Positions 46,771-56,221 of a stretch of 64,000 nucleotides of DNA are shown piece by piece. A program made the translations under genes and the position numbers. Numbering within the stretch: position 1 is the first letter of the stretch; each line of letters begins with the position of its first letter. The DNA is taken from IMG/VR virus record IMGVR_UViG_3300022200_000019, positions 124,001 through 188,000 of that record. The stretch is one strand, 5' to 3'. The notes under the pieces were generated by a model. That model did not search any database and was not told where the DNA came from. It was given only the letters and a program-made list of their open reading frames with translations.

Positions 46771-48662
46771 TGAACCTTTACGATCTATTTGAAGCCTTAG
46801 TTGGTCATGACATGCCTCGCAGCAAGAAATATAGCAGCGATCAGTCTGACTTTGAAATACAGCCGCAACTAGGTGAATTAATAGATCGTATCGAAGCAGG
46901 CGAAATCAAACCTAAAATTGTAAAACTAAACCCACAGAAATTACAAGCAACGCAAGGATGGCTAGATACTCGCAATGGTGGCGGTGCGCCATTGCTAGAT
47001 CGCTATACAAAATTACCTGTTATTCTTAAAGATCAATCAGGATATCATATCTTAGACGGGCACCATAGAACATCCCACGCTCTTAGTAAAGGACAACAAT
47101 CGATTAAAGTTTATCTATTTCGCATGCCCGACGATTTAAGCGAAGCATCGTTTGCTGATTTAAAGAAACTGGTTCCTGTGTATAATGTTGATGAATGGTC
47201 ACAAGAATTAGGTATTCCACGTAAGGTAGCATACTTATACGGCGAACTTGGTTACTTACAACGCGGCAAACCAGAACAGATTATGGTTAAAGTTCAACAT
47301 TTTATGGGCGGTGGCGGAGTTGTTCCGTTTTGCTTAGAACACGTAGGTGACTTGTCAGATCGTATGACACCTAGACATCCATTACATTGGAGTTATGGTG
47401 CTGTAAAAGAAAAAGCAGAAAAAACATACAGATCGTTAACACACAGTTATGGATTTGAGCGCGAGTTCCAAGAGAACCTAGACGCTACAATCGAATATCA
47501 AAAGATTGAAAATCCAGATGAGTATCGTGAGCGTGTATATCGTGCTATGCAAATGTATGCCGATGCACATAAAGAATTGCTTCCATACTGCCACACAGAT
47601 ATTCACAAGAATGCTGTATATGCTGCTATCTCATTGGGTGAAAGAAAGTTTGATGATGCTGCTACCTTTGTAGGTGCAATCAAACGTCTTTGTGCTAGCG
47701 AAGAAAGTTATCACAATGCGCTAAGAGCATATGATAAAAAACTAGATGGCAAACTAGCAGGCGAAGAAGTACTAGACGAAGCGGGCGAATGGTGGAAAAC
47801 ATTTTCAGATGTAGTTTCTGGATCAAAAAAAGCATATGATACCGCAGTTATTGCTGGTCCCAAATGGCAAGCAGCAATTGATAGCAAAGATCCAGTTGTA
47901 ATTGATCAAGGTATTAAAGACTTAGCAAAAGACTTAGGTATGGATCCAAACGATCCAAAATACAAGCAATGGGCAGGCAGTATGCGTTACAAAGCATACA
48001 AAGCAGCGGATATTAAACACGATGTAACACGAGATGCTGAACGTAAAGCCTATGCTGCTGATCCACGACACTGGAAGGAACTTGAAATTCCCGGTTATGA
48101 TGAACCCTGGGTTACATTTAGTAAGCCATCCCCACGTGGTATTCCGCTTCGTGTAGGCGGTGACAAAGTAGATGAAGAGGCTCTTGACCGTTTTGAGATA
48201 GGCATGGGATTAGAGCAGATGCATAACAATGACATTGCTCTTGTTGGTGGCATGCGTTCAGGATCAAGCCCTGCTAACTTAACACGTTTAAAATATAGCA
48301 TTTATGATGTTCCTATGCTAAAACAACTAAAGCAAACAGGTGGCAATCAAAATGACGCACTCATGGGCCATGTTGAATTAATGGTAGAAGATGGCACAGG
48401 CGATCTTATTGGTTTAATTAACATCGAAATGAAGCGCGGCGGCAAACGCCAAGGTTACGGCTCACAAGTTGTGCGTTCTATTATTGATAGTCCGTTTGCT
48501 CGCAAGCCATTTAGAATCTACGATATACAAAAGAAAGCTGTGGGTTTTTGGAAGAAGATGGGTGTAGAGTTTACACACTCAGACTTTAAAACTCCTATTG
48601 CGCCGACTCAGCTGCCCAGGCTTGCATTGGGACCAGGGAATATATTTGGAATCATACGATGA
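46770..48662 (+). CDS. ParB/Srx-like + GNAT acetyltransferase modular protein with CTS-like leader
   Basis: MNLYDLFE; LQATQ...PVILK...ILDGHHR; KRQGYGSQVV...AVGFWKKMG. Confidence 0.75.
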   Translation: MNLYDLFEALVGHDMPRSKKYSSDQSDFEIQPQLGELIDRIEAGEIKPKIVKLNPQKLQATQGWLDTRNGGGAPLLDRYTKLPVILKDQSGYHILDGHHRTSHALSKGQQSIKVYLFRMPDDLSEASFADLKKLVPVYNVDEWSQELGIPRKVAYLYGELGYLQRGKPEQIMVKVQHFMGGGGVVPFCLEHVGDLSDRMTPRHPLHWSYGAVKEKAEKTYRSLTHSYGFEREFQENLDATIEYQKIENPDEYRERVYRAMQMYADAHKELLPYCHTDIHKNAVYAAISLGERKFDDAATFVGAIKRLCASEESYHNALRAYDKKLDGKLAGEEVLDEAGEWWKTFSDVVSGSKKAYDTAVIAGPKWQAAIDSKDPVVIDQGIKDLAKDLGMDPNDPKYKQWAGSMRYKAYKAADIKHDVTRDAERKAYAADPRHWKELEIPGYDEPWVTFSKPSPRGIPLRVGGDKVDEEALDRFEIGMGLEQMHNNDIALVGGMRSGSSPANLTRLKYSIYDVPMLKQLKQTGGNQNDALMGHVELMVEDGTGDLIGLINIEMKRGGKRQGYGSQVVRSIIDSPFARKPFRIYDIQKKAVGFWKKMGVEFTHSDFKTPIAPTQLPRLALGPGNIFGIIR

Positions 48663-49120
48663 GAGCAAACGAATTTATCAGCGAAATTAACCTAGATCCA
48701 CGCTCGTGGTTTGGTGCTGGACAAATGGGTGGCCGTGGAGGCAGTGGCTCTCAAGCAGTTGCTACTGGCGGACGCACAGCACCAGCAACCGCCAAACCAA
48801 ATCTAGGTAAATTTGAACGTACACCAGATGGAAAGATCATTGATCCACAAGGACAGGTAGTTAATCCACGCACAGGCGATCCGTATACAAAAGCAGACGT
48901 AACCAGAGACACTGGTAAGAGTCCAGAGTTTAAGAGTATATCTCCAGAGCGTTCACACTATGCTAGAACTACACAAGCAGACCGTGTTAGAGACGAACGT
49001 GCTGCACGCAACATGGAACGTTATGCCGATGAATACCAAGCAGCAAAAACTAGATGGCAAGAAAAAGGTGATGCTGCTTCATTTGGCGATATGATAAAGA
49101 TTCTAAACAGAGTAGATTAA
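48659..49120 (+). CDS. CTS-leader hypothetical protein
   Basis: MRANEFISE; Gly-rich. Confidence 0.75.
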   Translation: MRANEFISEINLDPRSWFGAGQMGGRGGSGSQAVATGGRTAPATAKPNLGKFERTPDGKIIDPQGQVVNPRTGDPYTKADVTRDTGKSPEFKSISPERSHYARTTQADRVRDERAARNMERYADEYQAAKTRWQEKGDAASFGDMIKILNRVD

Positions 49121-49353
49121 TGCGTGAATTGAGATATAACACGGAAACATTAGGTTTTTCGTCACCAGACGATAGTTGTTATCTAGATCCCAGCGATCCT
49201 ATACACGAATTTCGTCGCACAGGCAATGCTGCTGCATTAAATCAACCACGACGTATTCCAGTTGCACAACAGTTTGCAGAACATGAACGTAAAATGGAAT
49301 TAGCAAAAGCACAGGGTATTCGTCCTGGTTCCCCAGCATGGTATATGTTATGA
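49120..49353 (+). CDS. Hypothetical protein
   Basis: DDSCYLDPSDPIHE...GIRPGSPAW. Confidence 0.7.
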   Translation: MRELRYNTETLGFSSPDDSCYLDPSDPIHEFRRTGNAAALNQPRRIPVAQQFAEHERKMELAKAQGIRPGSPAWYML

Positions 49354-50174
49354 AAGTATCAGAAATTATTTGCGAAGGCACTGGTATCGACCAGCACATC
49401 GCGCCGGAATTATTGCAACAACAAGTAAATCAAATCATTGATGCTATTAAAGCAGGCGGTTATTTGTTAACGGATGCTGATAAAGCCTTGCTCGATTATG
49501 CACGTAAACAAAAAATCTATCATCCAGATGAAATTGCGAATAACAAATTCCATAAATCAATAATCGCATCTGTTAAGCCGTTGCTAAAAAAAATAGAACA
49601 GCTATGGTCTGAACCACGCGATATAACCAGTGATGTTGAAGCAATTATTGGTGAGCCTATTCTTACCCTTCATCAAAAAATAAAACCATTGCTTGCAAAT
49701 CCTAATAGACAACCAATGGATTATGTTGTGCGAGCAAACTTAACACAATTATTAATTGCTGCTGCATGCCCAAAAAACAATGGCACTTGGGATACCAGCA
49801 CAGCCAAATGCTATTCAAACAATTATCCTTGGATATTAGATCAGGTGAAGGAAAAGTATCGTGCTAAAGACAGAAAACGCCGTGCCAACATGACTCCAGA
49901 TGAAAGAGAAGAGGTTCAGGCTAAAGACAGAGAATATCAGCAACAAAGACGGGATACCATGACTCCAGCTGAAAGAGAAGAGTATTTGGCTTACGACAGA
50001 GAACGGAAACGTAACCGTCTTGCCAACATGTCTCCAGCTGAAAGAGAAGAGTATCGGGCTAAACATAGAGAATATTACCAACAGTGGACGGCTAACATGT
50101 CTCCAGCTAAAAGAGAAGAGTATTTGGCTAAAAAAAGAGAACGGCAACAACGGCGGAAGGCCAAGAAAAAATGA
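49350..50174 (+). CDS. CTS-leader protein with 23-aa charged repeats
   Basis: MKVSEIICE; ATG 49350. Confidence 0.75.
   Translation: MKVSEIICEGTGIDQHIAPELLQQQVNQIIDAIKAGGYLLTDADKALLDYARKQKIYHPDEIANNKFHKSIIASVKPLLKKIEQLWSEPRDITSDVEAIIGEPILTLHQKIKPLLANPNRQPMDYVVRANLTQLLIAAACPKNNGTWDTSTAKCYSNNYPWILDQVKEKYRAKDRKRRANMTPDEREEVQAKDREYQQQRRDTMTPAEREEYLAYDRERKRNRLANMSPAEREEYRAKHREYYQQWTANMSPAKREEYLAKKRERQQRRKAKKK
49890..50165 (+). repeat. 4 x 69-bp coding tandem repeat
   Basis: ATG(A/T)CTCCAG(A/C)T(G/A)AAAGAGAAGAG... = M(T/S)P(A/D)(E/K)REE...RE. Confidence 0.9.
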
Positions 50175-50374
50175 AAGTATCAGAAATCATCAACGAAGGT
50201 GTAGGACGTATTACGCCGCAAAACCAAACACAGGATGTCGGTCCTGATCAAGTTTCTATTGAAGCAAAGAAATTAGGTTTTAAAGTAGATCGGGATGGTC
50301 GCCCACCACTTTTAAGTTCAAACGCAAAGAAAAACACAAATCCTAACACACTATTCAATCTTGGCATAAATTAA
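50171..50374 (+). CDS. Small CTS-leader protein
   Basis: MKVSEIINE-GVGRIT... Confidence 0.75.
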   Translation: MKVSEIINEGVGRITPQNQTQDVGPDQVSIEAKKLGFKVDRDGRPPLLSSNAKKNTNPNTLFNLGIN

Positions 50375-50377
50375 TAC

Positions 50378-51088
50378 ATGTCAGATGTGATATATTGCTC
50401 CGGAGATTCGTGGACCTACGGCGCCGGTCTTAATAATCTTAACGATTCGTTTTGTTATCAATTGTCTACATTAATAAATGTCGACTGCGTTAATCTAGGC
50501 GTTAATGGCGGTAGTAACAGCGGAATGTTTAACGAAGTATTTAATCGACTCGACAAAATAAACAATAGTAAATACGATCGTGGTTATATTATACTAACAT
50601 TTACCGAAAATGGAAGAGATATACGAGATTTTAAAAATCGCCCATTTGATTACATATCCGCATATAAAGATATGGTTCATAATTATAACTTTTACACCTG
50701 TGTATTGGATGATATTGAATATGAGTGGGAAGTCAAGCTATCTCAACTCAGAGAAAAAATAGATCCAAGGTTTCGTATCATAACAGGATGTAATTTTGCC
50801 AAGCCAAAAAATATAAAACTAGATATTCAAGAGCCATGGATTTCATTATTAGGTTATAATAAGTTAGTGCCAAGACTTACCTGCGTTGAAACAACTAATA
50901 CATTAAATGAAATATTAGGTATTGAATCTTCCGACGACCATAAACTGTGGTTAATTGACCATGGGCAACAACCAATTGATATATATAACTTTTTTGATCA
51001 GTGCTCGTATATGTTAGATCATGATCGAGGGCATCCTAATAAGGTCGGACATCAAATCTGGGCAGAGAGGATACTATGCGAGCTCTAA
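50378..51088 (+). CDS. SGNH/GDSL-like hydrolase
   Basis: SGDSWTYG, NLGVNGGSN, RGHPNKVGH. Confidence 0.8.
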   Translation: MSDVIYCSGDSWTYGAGLNNLNDSFCYQLSTLINVDCVNLGVNGGSNSGMFNEVFNRLDKINNSKYDRGYIILTFTENGRDIRDFKNRPFDYISAYKDMVHNYNFYTCVLDDIEYEWEVKLSQLREKIDPRFRIITGCNFAKPKNIKLDIQEPWISLLGYNKLVPRLTCVETTNTLNEILGIESSDDHKLWLIDHGQQPIDIYNFFDQCSYMLDHDRGHPNKVGHQIWAERILCEL

Positions 51089-51780
51089 TCGGATATACTG
51101 GATTCATCGGCGGAGTATTGCAAGGACAAATTAGATTTGATTTAACATTTAATTCAGTGAATATTAATGATCTTCCAGAACATAACATTGATATACTATA
51201 TTGTGCTGCACCAACTGGCAGTAGAATGTATGCTAGCGAATATCCAGCACAGGACCTAGAAAACACTAACAAATTAATAGAAACATTAGAAAAATCTAAC
51301 ATTAAAAAATTTATTTTAATTGGCACAGTAGATTCAATACATGCATTAAACACGTCATATGGTCGTAACAGAAAAATGTTAGAAGATTTTGTTAAATTTA
51401 AATTTAAAGATTATCATATTGTTAGACTATGTTCATTAATACATTCAGACATTAAAAAAAATGTACTCTATGATTTAAAACATAAAAAATATCTAAATAA
51501 AATTAATAAAGAACAAGTTAACCAATGGTATCCATTGGATCGGTTACATAGCGACATACAAAAAAATATTTCAATGAATATCAGAGAATCAAATTTTGTC
51601 AGTGAACCCATATCAAATTTAGAAATTATTAACAATTTATACCCGGGTCTCGATGTTGGTTATTGTAAAAATACAGAACCATATAATTTAAAGTGTTGCG
51701 ATACTGTAGACTATCTAATAAGTAAAACAGAAATATTTAAAGAAATGGAAAAATATATTGGGCATGCTATTACAAAATAA
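51076..51780 (+). CDS. NAD-dependent epimerase/dehydratase-like protein
   Basis: LIGYTGFIGG, YGRNRK. Confidence 0.8.
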   Translation: MRALIGYTGFIGGVLQGQIRFDLTFNSVNINDLPEHNIDILYCAAPTGSRMYASEYPAQDLENTNKLIETLEKSNIKKFILIGTVDSIHALNTSYGRNRKMLEDFVKFKFKDYHIVRLCSLIHSDIKKNVLYDLKHKKYLNKINKEQVNQWYPLDRLHSDIQKNISMNIRESNFVSEPISNLEIINNLYPGLDVGYCKNTEPYNLKCCDTVDYLISKTEIFKEMEKYIGHAITK

Positions 51781-52852
51781 AGGTGGGATGTTCGAACCGT
51801 TACGGTGGAGTGGGAGCATTCGGGACTTTCCTTATTTTAACGAGTATCCGTGGCTTGAACGTTATAAAACTAAAAACTATTATGTTGGTGCAAGTGCCGC
51901 TTGGGATTTTTTTCAAGATCTACCCATTGGGTTTGACGCATATATCTTTATCCATCATGTAGAGTTATGCGATCCTAAATGGCTCAAACAACAACAAAAA
52001 AGAGTCAATACGCCGTTTTATGTTCTGTTGTCGGGAAATGACTATAACATTAATATTCCAAATACTACTTTTATTCCATATACACATTGGCACTATGATT
52101 TACAAAAAATAGTTGACTGGTGGGGTATACAAAAAACACCCGACCATAAAAAATATAAATTTAGTGCAGTTAATAATAGAATTACACAAGCAAAAGTTTG
52201 GATTACCACTAAGTTATTAATTTCTAGTAGAAATGAATCATTAATAATTAATAATCCAAATTGGATTGAAAGTAAGAATATACATAACTGGGAGCATTGT
52301 GGAAATCCTATTCTAGACGAGTTGACCGATATTTTTTTACAAGAGTTCATCGACTTAGAACTCAAAGACGAGTTTGATAAGGATAAAAATTTTCAAAGGT
52401 ATAATTCTAATCCATGGCAGCCATTATATACAGACACCTCTATACATTTTACAAACGGTAGCCATCATTATAGTTTTATGATGGATGACTATTTTCCATA
52501 CACGTTTCCCGGACCGCATATTGATGAAAAAACATTTAAATGCTTAGTAGCAGGTACTGCATTTATACCAGTTGCGCAATTTGAAATTTATAAATCGTTG
52601 GAAAATTTTGGATTACAGTTTGATTATGGTTTTAACACTGAATGGGATAACGACCCTGGTAACTTGTCAAGATTTGAAAACATTATAAAATTAATTGATT
52701 TGCTAAATGATTACTCAAAAGAAGAACTGTACAGCAAAACAAAAGACATCTCAATTTATAATCAACAATACATATTTGATGGCAAATTCTATAAAAATTG
52801 CGAATTACACAATGAAGAATGCATTGAACAGTTGCATCAACTAATAGCATAA
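51758..52852 (+). CDS. Hypothetical, possibly glycosyltransferase-like protein
   Basis: IDEKTFKCLVAGTAFIP resembles GT10/exostosin-type C-terminal motif; AT-rich. Confidence 0.55.
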   Translation: MGMLLQNKGGMFEPLRWSGSIRDFPYFNEYPWLERYKTKNYYVGASAAWDFFQDLPIGFDAYIFIHHVELCDPKWLKQQQKRVNTPFYVLLSGNDYNINIPNTTFIPYTHWHYDLQKIVDWWGIQKTPDHKKYKFSAVNNRITQAKVWITTKLLISSRNESLIINNPNWIESKNIHNWEHCGNPILDELTDIFLQEFIDLELKDEFDKDKNFQRYNSNPWQPLYTDTSIHFTNGSHHYSFMMDDYFPYTFPGPHIDEKTFKCLVAGTAFIPVAQFEIYKSLENFGLQFDYGFNTEWDNDPGNLSRFENIIKLIDLLNDYSKEELYSKTKDISIYNQQYIFDGKFYKNCELHNEECIEQLHQLIA

Positions 52853-52862
52853 ATACGTCTAT

Positions 52863-55091
52863 ATGAACTTAAATGACATCCTCAACGAAAAAATTAAGAA
52901 AGTACATGGTAAGTGGGCCCTGGTAAGCAAAAGCGATCCGGATAAAGTCTTACAATATTATCATGGCAAAGACCATCCTAGCAAAGAATGGGAAAAGAAA
53001 GTTGAGCGTCGTGTTCATGCATTCTCAGAAGCAGAAAGTTTAGACAAAACCATTGATAGAATGCGTAACTTAGATATCGATGATATCGAACACCTGAAGC
53101 GTTATTCAAACCCACAATTAAAAGATTGGTTAAAACGCTTAACAGCAGCAAATAAAAACAATATTGGTTCAGCACTTAATACATTAGACACTATGGGTCC
53201 TATTGCTAAACCATTTGCTAAGTCATTTGTACAAAAGCAATTTCCAGGCATCGACGATACAGAGTTTGACCAAGCCTGGAAGTTCTGGCAAGAAACTGAT
53301 CCAGCAACTCGTTCAGCAGTTACTAAAGGTGACTTGACTACGCTTGATCCAAGAGACGAACATGGCTTTGTTAAAGAAGCCAATAATGACATAGTAGCGA
53401 ACAGTATCAATGAATACAATACCGACGGCATTGATCCAGGAAACGATGAACTATTTGTGCCTATGGGTCTGCTCAACCGTTTTGAAGATAATGGGTGGTA
53501 TGCATTTGACGGCGGTCGAGATCAAGCGGTGTTAGCCAAACGCAACATACCTTATGTGCTGAAAATTGTAGGTCAAGGATCGCACAACAGAATTGACGCA
53601 GTTCGCCAGTATGTTGATTTCTTTCGTCGCAATCAACATAATCCACATTTTCCCAAAGTGGGTAGTGATAAAACACTAACCTGGGAAGGCAAAAAATACT
53701 ATGCTTACGCTCAAGAAAAACTTATAGATTTACCGGGTGATGCGGTGATGGATTATCTCGAAGATACTATGCAATCATTTGGTCACAGCGGAAAACAGCC
53801 TAACTTTGACAAAATACCCCAGGGGCTGTCAGCAAAGCAAGTTAAAGGTTTAATGAATGCTATTAGTGAGTTGCTTGCATCGGGCATAGGCAATAATCGT
53901 GCGTTTGATTTGGGTAATGTCCTGAATATTATGAAACGAAAAAATGGACAGCTAGTGATTGTTGATCCATTTAGTTCTCACGATCGTTTAGATCCTAGCG
54001 AAGAATACGTGAGCGAAACAGATGATTATGATGCTTGGTTAGAAAAAGCCAAAAAACGTGCAGAAAAGCAAGCAGCAAAAAAACGTGCTGAATTACAGCA
54101 AGTAATGAAGGGCATCGAAACCGATCCAGAAAAACTAGCATTACAAGGTACAATTCAAGCGGCACGCGGTGAGCTTAGTAAGCGTAAGCGTGAAGCATTG
54201 GCTAAGATGGAGCAAATGAAACAAATTTACTCTGAGTTTTCTGATGAAGAATTAGATAAAATTATCGGGCGTTATTCAAAAGGTCCAGGTGCTGGTTCAG
54301 ATTTTGTGGAATGGTTAAAGTCCATTAAACAAGAACGCGAAGACGAGCGGTCTGGTGTTCAACAACGACAGGATGTATTTAGAAGCGTGGCAGGACCCAT
54401 GCAAGGCAAACAAAGCCAAAAGGCTGCACCTGCACAAGGTAAACCATGGACACAGTTAGGTATGACTCGTGATGAATTTAGAAAAATTCTAAACAACCCA
54501 CAACATCCTCGTCATAGAGAAATTAAACAATTACACGATCAGTATAAACAAGTCGACGAAGATTTAACTCGCAGAGATTTCTTAAAAGGTGTCGCAGGCG
54601 GGGCAATGGCGCTAGGGGCTATGAAAGCTGCTAAAGCATTAGGATTAAAAGATCCTACCAGATCCACAGACACTGATGATCAGTACCAGAGATTCACAGG
54701 CGCAAAACCTGCACCATTGTATGCTAAACCAGACCTGGATCCAGAACGTAAATGGAACCGTGTGGGTGTCAATCAACCAGGCGGTCAGTTCAGCATTGTG
54801 CTACACAAAGACTTTGATTTATATTTGTATTTTGTAACACGTGATTTTTCCACATCGCCCTATGCCTACATAGAATTACAGGATGGTGAAAAATATAAAT
54901 TCCGCATTCGTACTCTGAAAAACGATACATTTACCATCGAAGATCCCAGAATGGCAGCAACACTATTGAATTATCAAGGTAAATTCAATCTGTATGTTGG
55001 CGATGACGTGTACACATTTAACATCATGCCCAGTCAGGAATCCAAAGTATTATATCGCTGGTGGAAAGAAGGCACACATCAGGGATTGTGA
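52863..55091 (+). CDS. CTS-leader modular protein: kinase-like domain + internal Tat-signal module
   Basis: MNLNDILNE; GGRDQAV...VLK...FDLGNVLNIM...IVDP; VDE-DL-TRRDFLK. Confidence 0.75.
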   Translation: MNLNDILNEKIKKVHGKWALVSKSDPDKVLQYYHGKDHPSKEWEKKVERRVHAFSEAESLDKTIDRMRNLDIDDIEHLKRYSNPQLKDWLKRLTAANKNNIGSALNTLDTMGPIAKPFAKSFVQKQFPGIDDTEFDQAWKFWQETDPATRSAVTKGDLTTLDPRDEHGFVKEANNDIVANSINEYNTDGIDPGNDELFVPMGLLNRFEDNGWYAFDGGRDQAVLAKRNIPYVLKIVGQGSHNRIDAVRQYVDFFRRNQHNPHFPKVGSDKTLTWEGKKYYAYAQEKLIDLPGDAVMDYLEDTMQSFGHSGKQPNFDKIPQGLSAKQVKGLMNAISELLASGIGNNRAFDLGNVLNIMKRKNGQLVIVDPFSSHDRLDPSEEYVSETDDYDAWLEKAKKRAEKQAAKKRAELQQVMKGIETDPEKLALQGTIQAARGELSKRKREALAKMEQMKQIYSEFSDEELDKIIGRYSKGPGAGSDFVEWLKSIKQEREDERSGVQQRQDVFRSVAGPMQGKQSQKAAPAQGKPWTQLGMTRDEFRKILNNPQHPRHREIKQLHDQYKQVDEDLTRRDFLKGVAGGAMALGAMKAAKALGLKDPTRSTDTDDQYQRFTGAKPAPLYAKPDLDPERKWNRVGVNQPGGQFSIVLHKDFDLYLYFVTRDFSTSPYAYIELQDGEKYKFRIRTLKNDTFTIEDPRMAATLLNYQGKFNLYVGDDVYTFNIMPSQESKVLYRWWKEGTHQGL

Positions 55092-55411
55092 CCGTATAGG
55101 TCTTGTGTGGACAACATCTCCCATTTGTCCCATTCAGGACGCCAGTGATATTTGTATTCTCTGACTTTGCGAACCACCGTGGTAGACACATAATCACGGC
55201 AACCGCCAAACGGATCGCAATGTCTGGCTGATTTATCCTCTATGTGATATTGTTCCACAGGAGATTCATAATCTTTGGCACGATACTGATCCTGGCTGGT
55301 CGCCCATTCCCAGATTGCAGTGCTTGCCAGACTGATGCCCAGCGAATCCAGAAATGCTGGAGCCGCTGGACTATACAGACTAATTGTGGCGATCAGAATC
55401 AGCTGGCGCAT
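55079..55411 (-). CDS. Secreted hypothetical protein
   Basis: Signal-peptide-like N-terminus. Confidence 0.65.
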   Translation of the reverse strand: MRQLILIATISLYSPAAPAFLDSLGISLASTAIWEWATSQDQYRAKDYESPVEQYHIEDKSARHCDPFGGCRDYVSTTVVRKVREYKYHWRPEWDKWEMLSTQDLYGHNP

Positions 55412-55980
55412 TAACGACGTTCTAGATCTTCAAATGCACGTGCAGCCGCAGATTCATCTGTGACTGTGATGGATTCAGCCACAGCAACTTTTTCGGAAAT
55501 GCCAAGAGACAGGTTAATGTATGCACGATACATGGTTCCTTCCTTGAACACAGCCTTGTTGACTACACGATAACCGTTCACAGGAACATCTTTAAATTCG
55601 CTGACAGACACAAACTCGTTGGTCTGTGTAGAGTCGCTGGTTACGCTCTTGCGATTATCTGCGGTATACTGCTTAAATTTACCTGAAGTAAGAGCAGATA
55701 CTTTGTCGCCCAGTTTGATCTTAGCACTATGCAATGCTTTCTCCATTGCAAATTCCATGTCATCTGCGAGACCAGTTGCAGCAGCATAGATAATGCTACC
55801 ATCTTCAACACCTGGATCCAGATACCATACAGGTACAATTTCCTTCTTTTCAAGTGGCACAACACCAACAACGTCAACACCGCCGACCTTGTCTTCTGCT
55901 TCCATTCGTGCTACACTGCTGTTAGACGCACAACCGCCCACAAAGGCAGCAGCCATAGCAATTACGATTACCTTTTTCAT
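55411..55980 (-). CDS. Lipoprotein (LPP20-like)
   Basis: MKKVIVIAMAAAFVGG-C lipobox; PVWY...IYAAATG...A..KAL..AK..L. Confidence 0.75.
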   Translation of the reverse strand: MKKVIVIAMAAAFVGGCASNSSVARMEAEDKVGGVDVVGVVPLEKKEIVPVWYLDPGVEDGSIIYAAATGLADDMEFAMEKALHSAKIKLGDKVSALTSGKFKQYTADNRKSVTSDSTQTNEFVSVSEFKDVPVNGYRVVNKAVFKEGTMYRAYINLSLGISEKVAVAESITVTDESAAARAFEDLERR

Positions 55981-56129
55981 TTCTTTGTAACTCCAGTAGA
56001 GTCAATAATTTGAGACTTAACAGAATTATAATCTGCTTCGAGTCCCGCCATTGTGCCCTTGAATGGGTTAATACCTGTAGCACAAACAGCAAGAGCAACG
56101 GCAAGTACTACAATAATCAAAGTTTTCAT
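55977..56129 (-). CDS. 50-aa exported peptide
   Basis: MKTLIIVVLAVALAVCATGINPFKG...; SD AGGA; ATGA overlap with lipoprotein gene; not in track. Confidence 0.6.
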   Translation of the reverse strand: MKTLIIVVLAVALAVCATGINPFKGTMAGLEADYNSVKSQIIDSTGVTKK

Positions 56130-56166
56130 AATTAAAATTCATTCCTATATTGCGAAATGTATCTAT

Positions 56167-56194
56167 ATTATACACAATGCTAATCTAATGTCAA
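56167..56194 (-). promoter_or_regulatory. Sigma70-type promoter of the reverse operon
   Basis: TTGACA-16 bp-(TG)TATAAT on the - strand. Confidence 0.75.
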
Positions 56195-56221
56195 CCATTA
56201 ATTTTGTTGCATAAATACAAC

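Noticed and set aside
49890-50165. CRISPR array
   Set aside because: The repeat is in frame, degenerate and has no unique spacers; no cas genes are present in the window.
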